DNA of 64,000 nucleotides from Escherichia coli (GTDB lineage Bacteria; Pseudomonadota; Gammaproteobacteria; Enterobacterales; Enterobacteriaceae): NCBI RefSeq assembly GCF_045037415.1, contig NZ_CP173438.1; one strand, 5' to 3'. Shown piece by piece: positions 56,022 to 64,000 of this stretch (position 1 is its first letter; each line of letters starts with the position of its first letter). The notes under the pieces were generated by a model. It saw only the letters and a program-made list of their open reading frames with translations, ran no database searches and was not told where the DNA came from. The position numbers and the translations under genes were made by a program.

Positions 56022-56285
56022 ATGAAACCCAATATCCATCCTGAGTATCGTACTGTGGTGTTCCACGACACCAGCGTTGATGAGTACTTTAAAATCGGCT
56101 CGACTATCAAAACAGACCGTGAGATTGAGCTGGATGGCGTAACGTATCCGTACGTAACAATTGATGTCTCTTCGAAATCGCACCCGTTCTATACAGGGAA
56201 GCTGAGAACAGTGGCATCAGAAGGAAATGTTGCACGGTTCACCCAACGTTTTGGTCGTTTTGTTAGCACGAAAAAGGGGGCATGA
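56022..56285 (+). CDS. ykgM: Ribosomal protein L31 type B (zinc-independent paralog)
   Basis: 87 aa ([18 protein letters not shown]...) lacking the CxxC zinc ribbon; Zur box upstream. Confidence 0.95.
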
Positions 56286-56425
56286 TGAAAGTCCTTAACT
56301 CTCTGCGTACCGCAAAAGAACGCCATCCAGACTGTCAGATTGTGAAGCGAAAAGGACGGCTGTATGTGATTTGTAAATCTAATCCACGTTTTAAGGCCGT
56401 TCAGGGTCGTAAGAAAAAACGTTGA
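56285..56425 (+). CDS. ykgO: Ribosomal protein L36 type B (zinc-independent paralog)
   Basis: 46 aa [49 protein letters not shown]; start overlaps ykgM stop (TGATG); translated by hand. Confidence 0.9.
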   Translation: MKVLNSLRTAKERHPDCQIVKRKGRLYVICKSNPRFKAVQGRKKKR

Positions 56426-56475
56426 TTTAAAATTCGACGAATTAACGATATTTGTCTGATTAATAATCAGACCGG

Positions 56476-56513
56476 ATTAATGTTGGTGTATTTATTACAC
56501 CAGCATTAATTTT
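56476..56513 (+). terminator. Rho-independent terminator after ykgMO
   Basis: 15 bp stem (ATTAATGTTGGTGTA / TACACCAGCATTAAT, one mismatch) with loop and trailing TTT. Confidence 0.6.
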
Positions 56514-57439
56514 CCTGGGGATGTATCTTCCTGTTCATTTAAGGTCAACTGCCTGACGTTTCTCTCCGAATATTCCATTATATTAATGTTGACTTGTTGA
56601 CCAGCTTCGCCCTGTATGCTGGCATCAACTCTCTTTTAGACTGAACACGCCACTCAGTTTCCTCCCTTTGCGACGCAGCCTGCATTTACACTCAAACTGT
56701 TAAGATGATAAATGTGGTAAATCTGTTGGTACTGACATAAAAACGTTTACGCCACAGGAACGGCCAGATCCATCGGTAACCCCATCGCCGACGTTCGAGT
56801 GCCAGTTAGAGTAACGCGCACAGATGACTGAATGCAGTGCCCTGGCAAAGAGGCCATCGTTCCTGTGACAACTGGCAGTCTTCGTTTAACTTCACTTAAT
56901 TTAGCTCTTAGGGGGCTTACCGGACAGATGACGTACTTACACCTGTTTAATTTTCCATCACTTATTGGAATGAACACCCATAACCATTTTGTGCGGCATG
57001 TTAATCCATTAAAACACCTTACTGATTGGCAAATCATCTTTAATTATGACTTATGATAGTTTTATATTCTATTTCTTATCATTTAAACTTGTTTTTTTAC
57101 TAGTCCATTACACAACACATTAAGACTATTCCTAACACCTCAGGGCAAAGTTCCTGGCTAATATAAAATGCAAGTAAGAATTGAACGTTATATTGCCAAT
57201 AACCTTATGAAACTGAATGTCTTTTTCTTCTTATCAAAAAAGCAATATTTTCATTTTTTGTAAATATTGACTTAACCATGGAATTCATTTTCTGTTCACA
57301 TATTGACACTCATCAGGAAAAAAACATAAATTTAAACCTAATCGAAATAATTAAAACTTAATCTCGTTTAACCTATATTGATATGTGCTACGTATCTTAT
57401 TTACTTCCGATTTACTAAAAAAACTGAATGTACCTGTAA

Positions 57440-58051
<612 letters not shown>

Positions 58052-58125
58052 ACTCCAGGCAAGTTAGTTTTAAAAAATGACTCACCGGGACTTCATGTCC
58101 TCAATTCAACTCGGGAAGAAAAGCA

Positions 58126-58713
58126 ATGAAAAAAAAGGTTCTGGCAATAGCTCTGGTAACGGTGTTTACCGGTACAGGTGTGGCGCAGGCTGCTGACGTA
58201 ACAGCTCAGGCTGTAGCGACCTGGTCAGCAACAGCCAAAAAAGACACCACCAGTAAGCTGGTTGTGACGCCACTCGGTAGCCTGGCGTTCCAGTATGCCG
58301 AAGGCATTAAAGGTTTTAACTCACAAAAAGGTCTATTTGACGTGGCTATCGAGGGTGACTCAACGGCTACCGCCTTTAAACTGACCTCACGTCTTATCAC
58401 CAACACCTTAACCCAGTTGGATACCTCAGGTTCCACACTGAATGTGGGCGTGGATTATAACGGCGCGGCAGTCGAAAAAACTGGCGATACCGTGATGATC
58501 GATACCGCCAACGGCGTACTGGGCGGCAACCTTAGCCCACTGGCTAACGGTTACAATGCCAGCAATCGTACCACTGCACAGGATGGTTTCACTTTCTCCA
58601 TCATCAGCGGCACCACCAATGGTACCACCGCAGTAACCGATTACAGCACTCTACCGGAAGGCATCTGGAGCGGCGACGTTAGCGTACAGTTCGACGCTAC
58701 CTGGACCAGTTAA
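58126..58713 (+). CDS. ecpA: Major pilin of the E. coli common pilus (EcpA/MatB)
   Basis: 195 aa ORF with signal peptide [22 protein letters not shown]; synteny. Confidence 0.9.
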
Positions 58714-58769
58714 TCTCTCTGATGTACCAGCAGGGGTACCCCCCTGCTTTATTCCTGGACGGAATTGTT

Positions 58770-59438
58770 ATGAAAAAGCACCTTCTGCCTCTCGCTCTGC
58801 TGTTTTCCGGAATATCACCGGCCCAGGCGCTGGATGTCGGCGATATATCATCGTTTATGAACAGTGACAGCAGCACGCTGAGCAAAACGATCCAAAACAG
58901 TACCGACAGTGGCCGCCTCATCAATATCCGTCTCGAACGGCTCTCTTCACCGCTTGACGACGGGCAGGTTATCGCAATGGACAAGCCGGATGAGTTGCTA
59001 CTCACTCCCGCCAGCTTGCTGCTACCCGCCCAAGCCAGCGAAGTGATCCGCTTCTTCTATAAGGGACCAGCAGATGAAAAAGAGCGCTACTACCGCATTG
59101 TCTGGTTTGATCAGGCCCTCAGTGATGCGCAGCGCGATAATGCCAACCGCAGCGCTGTGGCCACTGCCTCCGCCCGCATCGGCACCATCCTGGTCGTCGC
59201 ACCCCGCCAGGCAAACTACCACTTTCAGTACGCCAACGGCTCCCTGACAAATACAGGAAATGCGACGCTGCGGATCCTCGCCTACGGCCCCTGCCTGAAA
59301 GCCGCCAATGGTAAGGAGTGTAAAGAGAATTACTACCTGATGCCGGGCAAGTCGCGTCGTTTTACCCGCGTGGACACGGCGGATAACAAAGGACGGGTTG
59401 CACTTTGGCAGGGTGATAAGTTCATTCCCGTGAAATAG
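58770..59438 (+). CDS. ecpB: ECP periplasmic chaperone EcpB
   Basis: ORF 58722-59438; probable start [20 protein letters not shown] (signal peptide), 222 aa. Confidence 0.85.
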
Positions 59439-59463
59439 ATAGCTGTGCAGATGGATAACGACA

Positions 59464-61989
59464 ATGCCTTTACGACGGTTCTCCCCAGGACTGAAAGCCC
59501 AGTTTGCCTTCGGCATGGTCTTTTTGTTCGTTCAGCCCGATGCCAGCGCTGCTGACATAAGTGCGCAGCAAATAGGTGGGGTGATTATTCCGCAGGCCTT
59601 CAGTCAGGCGCTCCAGGACGGCATGAGCGTCCCGCTTTATATTCATCTCGCCGGTAGCCAGGGTCGCCAGGACGATCAGCGAATCGGCAGCGCTTTTATC
59701 TGGTTGGATGATGGACAGTTACGCATCCGAAAAATACAGCTGGAAGAGAGTGAAGATAACGCCAGTGTCAGCGAACAAACTCGACAGCAGCTGATGACTC
59801 TGGCCAACGCCCCGTTCAATGAGGCCCTTACCATCCCCCTGACTGACAACGCGCAGTTGGATCTCAGCTTGCGCCAACTGCTGCTGCAGCTGGTGGTCAA
59901 GCGCGAAGCGCTGGGCACCGTACTACGCTCACGTAGCGAAGACATCGGGCAGTCCAGTGTTAACACCCTCAGCAGTAATCTGAGCTATAACTTCGGCGTC
60001 TATAACAACCAGTTGCGTAACGGCGGGAGCAACACCTCCAGCTATCTGTCGCTGAATAACGTTACTGCGCTGCGCGAACATCACGTGGTGCTCGACGGCT
60101 CACTGTACGGGATTGGTAGCGGTCAACAGGACAGTGAATTATATAAAGCGATGTATGAACGCGATTTTGCTGGTCACCGATTTGCCGGTGGAATGCTCGA
60201 CACCTGGAACTTGCAGTCCTTAGGGCCGATGACCGCCATTTCAGCAGGGAAGATTTACGGCCTTTCCTGGGGAAACCAGGCCAGCTCCACCATCTTCGAC
60301 AGCAGCCAGTCGGCCACGCCAGTGATCGCCTTTTTACCGGCGGCGGGCGAAGTACATCTCACCCGTGATGGGCGGCTACTAAGCGTTCAGAACTTCACCA
60401 TGGGCAATCATGAAGTGGATACCCGGGGTCTACCGTACGGTATTTACGATGTGGAAGTTGAGGTAATCGTTAACGGTCGCGTGATCAGCAAACGCACCCA
60501 GCGGGTCAATAAGCTGTTTAGCCGGGGGCGTGGCGTCGGTGCACCGCTGGCGTGGCAGATATGGGGCGGTAGCTTTCATATGGATCGCTGGTCGGAAAAC
60601 GGGAAAAAGACGCGACCAGCCAAAGAGAGTTGGCTGGCAGGTGCCTCGACCTCCGGCTCACTGAGTACGTTTAGCTGGGCGGCAACGGGATATGGATACG
60701 ATAATCAGGCGGTGGGTGAAACCCGTCTGACGCTTCCGCTTGGGGGGGCGATCAACGTTAACTTGCAAAACATGCTGGCCAGTGACAGCTCATGGAGCAA
60801 CATCGCCAGCATCAGCGCCACTCTACCTGGAGGCTTCAGTTCGCTGTGGGTTAACCAGGAAAAAACCCGCATTGGCAATCAATTGCGACGTAGCGATGCC
60901 GACAACCGTGCAATCGGCGGCACACTCAACCTGAACTCACTGTGGTCGAAGCTGGGTACGTTCAGCATCAGCTACAATGATGACCGCCGCTACAACAGCC
61001 ACTATTACACGGCAGATTACTATCAAAGTGTCTACAGCGGTACCTTTGGTTCGCTTGGCCTGCGGGCCGGTATTCAGCGCTATAACAACGGCGACAGCAG
61101 CGCCAATACAGGGAAATATATCGCTCTCGATCTCTCGCTACCACTGGGCAACTGGTTTAGCGCAGGGATGACCCATCAAAACGGCTACACCATGGCAAAC
61201 CTGTCAGCACGCAAACAGTTTGATGAAGGAACCATTCGCACTGTTGGTGCCAATCTGTCACGAGCCATCTCCGGCGATACCGGTGATGACAAAACCCTCA
61301 GCGGTGGGGCGTATGCACAGTTCGACGCTCGTTACGCCAGCGGAACGCTGAACGTCAATAGCGCGGCGGACGGCTACATCAATACTAATTTGACCGCCAA
61401 CGGCAGCGTCGGCTGGCAGGGTAAAAACATCGCTGCCAGCGGGCGGACCGATGGCAACGCTGGGGTGATATTCGACACTGGCCTGGAGAACGATGGTCAG
61501 ATCAGCGCCAAAATCAACGGGCGGATTTTCCCGCTTAACGGCAAGCGTAACTATCTCCCGCTCTCTCCCTATGGAAGATATGAGGTGGAGTTGCAGAACA
61601 GCAAAAACTCACTCGACAGTTACGATATCGTCAGCGGTCGCAAAAGTCATCTGACTCTCTATCCAGGCAATGTCGCTGTCATTGAGCCAGAGGTGAAGCA
61701 GATGGTTACCGTCTCCGGTCGTATCCGTGCGGAAGACGGCACACTGCTGGCTAACGCACGGATTAACAACCATATCGGCCGAACCCGAACCGATGAAAAC
61801 GGCGAGTTTGTCATGGACGTGGATAAGAAATACCCCACTATCGATTTTCGCTACAGTGGCAATAAAACCTGCGAAGTGGCACTGGAACTCAACCAGGCGC
61901 GCGGTGCCGTCTGGGTCGGTGATGTGGTCTGCAGCGGCCTCTCATCGTGGGCGGCGGTGACGCAGACAGGAGAAGAGAATGAGAGTTAA
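59464..61989 (+). CDS. ecpC: ECP outer-membrane usher EcpC
   Basis: 841 aa ORF with signal peptide; synteny. Confidence 0.9.
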   Translation: MPLRRFSPGLKAQFAFGMVFLFVQPDASAADISAQQIGGVIIPQAFSQALQDGMSVPLYIHLAGSQGRQDDQRIGSAFIWLDDGQLRIRKIQLEESEDNASVSEQTRQQLMTLANAPFNEALTIPLTDNAQLDLSLRQLLLQLVVKREALGTVLRSRSEDIGQSSVNTLSSNLSYNFGVYNNQLRNGGSNTSSYLSLNNVTALREHHVVLDGSLYGIGSGQQDSELYKAMYERDFAGHRFAGGMLDTWNLQSLGPMTAISAGKIYGLSWGNQASSTIFDSSQSATPVIAFLPAAGEVHLTRDGRLLSVQNFTMGNHEVDTRGLPYGIYDVEVEVIVNGRVISKRTQRVNKLFSRGRGVGAPLAWQIWGGSFHMDRWSENGKKTRPAKESWLAGASTSGSLSTFSWAATGYGYDNQAVGETRLTLPLGGAINVNLQNMLASDSSWSNIASISATLPGGFSSLWVNQEKTRIGNQLRRSDADNRAIGGTLNLNSLWSKLGTFSISYNDDRRYNSHYYTADYYQSVYSGTFGSLGLRAGIQRYNNGDSSANTGKYIALDLSLPLGNWFSAGMTHQNGYTMANLSARKQFDEGTIRTVGANLSRAISGDTGDDKTLSGGAYAQFDARYASGTLNVNSAADGYINTNLTANGSVGWQGKNIAASGRTDGNAGVIFDTGLENDGQISAKINGRIFPLNGKRNYLPLSPYGRYEVELQNSKNSLDSYDIVSGRKSHLTLYPGNVAVIEPEVKQMVTVSGRIRAEDGTLLANARINNHIGRTRTDENGEFVMDVDKKYPTIDFRYSGNKTCEVALELNQARGAVWVGDVVCSGLSSWAAVTQTGEENES

Positions 61990-63622
61990 CCTACTGATAG
62001 CGATGATAATCTTTGCGCTAATCTGGCCTGCAACCGCGCTCAGAGCGGCAGTGAGCAAAACAACCTGGGCGGATGCTCCGGCACGCGAGTTTGTGTTTGT
62101 CGAAAACAACTCAGACGACAACTTTTTCGTCACTCCTGGCGGGGCGCTGGATCCGCGCCTGACCGGTGCCAACCGCTGGACCGGTTTAAAATACAATGGT
62201 TCAGGAACCATCTATCAGCAAAGCCTCGGCTACATTGATAACGGTTACAACACCGGCCTTTATACCAACTGGAAGTTTGATATGTGGCTGGAAAATTCAC
62301 CAGTTTCATCTCCTTTAACTGGCTTGCGCTGCATCAACTGGTACGCAGGGTGTAATATGACCACCAGTCTTATCCTGCCGCAAACCACCGACGCCAGTGG
62401 ATTTTATGGCGCGACGGTGACCAGCGGCGGCGCGAAGTGGATGCACGGCATGTTGTCAGACGCGTTTTACCAGTATCTGCAACAAATGCCCGTCGGCAGC
62501 AGCTTTACAATGACCATCAATGCCTGCCAGACCTCTGTGAACTATGACGCCAGCAGCGGCGCACGCTGTAAGGATCAGGCCTCCGGCAACTGGTATGTTC
62601 GCAACGTCACCCATACGAAAGCAGCAAATCTGCGGTTGATAAATACCCACTCGCTGGCGGAAGTATTTATCAACAGCGACGGAGTACCGACTCTGGGCGA
62701 AGGGAACGCCGACTGCCGGACGCAAACCATCGGCAGCCGTTCAGGATTAAGTTGTAAGATGGTTAACTATACCCTGCAAACAAACGGACTCAGCAACACC
62801 TCAATCCATATATTCCCGGCGATCGCCAACTCGTCGTTAGCCTCGGCCGTCGGGGCGTACGATATGCAGTTCAGTCTGAATGGCAGTTCATGGAAACCGG
62901 TGAGCAATACTGCCTATTACTACACCTTCAACGAGATGAAGAGCGCAGACTCGATCTATGTGTTCTTCTCGAGCAACTTCTTTAAGCAGATGGTGAACCT
63001 CGGGATCAGCGATATCAACACCAAAGATCTGTTCAACTTTCGCTTTCAGAACACCACATCACCGGAGTCTGGCTGGTATGAATTTTCTACCTCCAACACG
63101 CTGATTATCAAACCCCGTGATTTCAGCATCAGTATTATCTCCGATGAATATACTCAGACACCGTCGCGGGAGGGATATGTCGGCAGCGGCGAGTCGGCAC
63201 TCGATTTCGGCTATATCGTAACCACCAGCGGTAAAACAGCTGCCGACGAAGTGCTGATCAAGGTGACCGGACCCGCGCAGGTGATTGGCGGGCGCTCCTA
63301 TTGTGTCTTCAGCTCCGATGACGGTAAGGCGAAAGTACCGTTCCCGGCGACGCTTTCCTTTATTACCCGCAACGGAGCTACAAAAACCTACGATGCCGGG
63401 TGCGATGATAGCTGGCGGGATATGACCGATGCGCTGTGGTTGACCACACCGTGGACTGATATCTCTGGCGAAGTGGGGCAGATGGATAAGACCACAGTCA
63501 AATTTTCGATTCCAATGGATAACGCCATTTCTCTGCGTACGGTAGATGATAACGGCTGGTTTGGCGAAGTCAGCGCTTCAGGAGAGATTCATGTTCAGGC
63601 GACGTGGCGTAACATTAACTAA
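61979..63622 (+). CDS. ecpD: ECP tip adhesin / polymerised fibre subunit EcpD
   Basis: 547 aa ORF with signal peptide; overlaps ecpC stop. Confidence 0.9.
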
Positions 63623-64000
63623 GGCCCTGCTGACAGTGGTCTGTATGCTGGCGGCACCTTTGACACAGGCGATTTCGGTCGGCAATCTGACTTTTTCACT
63701 GCCGTCCGAGACTGACTTTGTCAGCAAACGTGTCGTGAATAACAACAAAAGCGCACGGATATACCGTATTGCCATCAGTGCTATTGATAGCCCGGGCAGC
63801 AGTGAATTGCGCACCCGACCGGTGGATGGTGAACTACTTTTCGCCCCCCGCCAGCTGGCGTTGCAGGCTGGTGAGAGCGAGTATTTTAAATTTTACTATC
63901 ATGGCCCACGGGATAACCGCGAGCGCTACTACCGGGTCTCATTTCGCGAGGTCCCCACTCGTAACCTGACAAAACGCAGCCCAAGCGGCGGTGAGGTCAG
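63591..64000 (+). CDS. ecpE: ECP chaperone EcpE, 5' partial (runs off the window)
   Basis: ATG at 63591 ([27 protein letters not shown] signal peptide) overlapping ecpD 3' end; open to window edge. Confidence 0.8.

Overview
This window reads as a 64 kb stretch of Escherichia coli chromosome covering the prp-yah-bet-ykg-rcl-ecp region, in the opposite orientation to the usual K-12 map. All calls come from reading the sequence and ORF track plus remembered family signatures and K-12 gene order; nothing was searched against a database. Recognised core loci are prpBCDE with divergent prpR, yahO/yahN, yahK, the yahJ-yahD cluster, yahC/yahB, pdeL(yahA), betT and betIBA, ykgH, ykgEFG, rclR-rclABC, ykgA, an intact intimin-like fdeC(eaeH), ykgR, ykgMO with a Zur box, and ecpRABCD plus the start of ecpE. 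No rRNA, tRNA, CRISPR array or transposase was found. The most interesting feature is a ~6 kb AT-rich accessory island between betA and ykgH: a FimB/FimE-type recombinase, then a 278 bp segment bounded by perfect 16 bp inverted repeats (a candidate invertible phase-variation switch), then two LuxR/EcpR-like regulators and a 774 aa autotransporter. This resembles the ipuA-ipuS-ipuR-upaE system I recall from uropathogenic E. coli, so it may not be novel. The second candidate is yahD-yahJ, which looks like an uncharacterised carbamoyl/ureido catabolic module paralogous to allFGH plus a carbamate kinase, with a Tat-exported amidohydrolase. A third is an aldo-keto reductase / LysR / hydrolase / Old Yellow Enzyme cluster between fdeC and ykgM. 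Two conserved genes, prpR and betB, carry +1 frameshifts that are either real pseudogenes or assembly indels.
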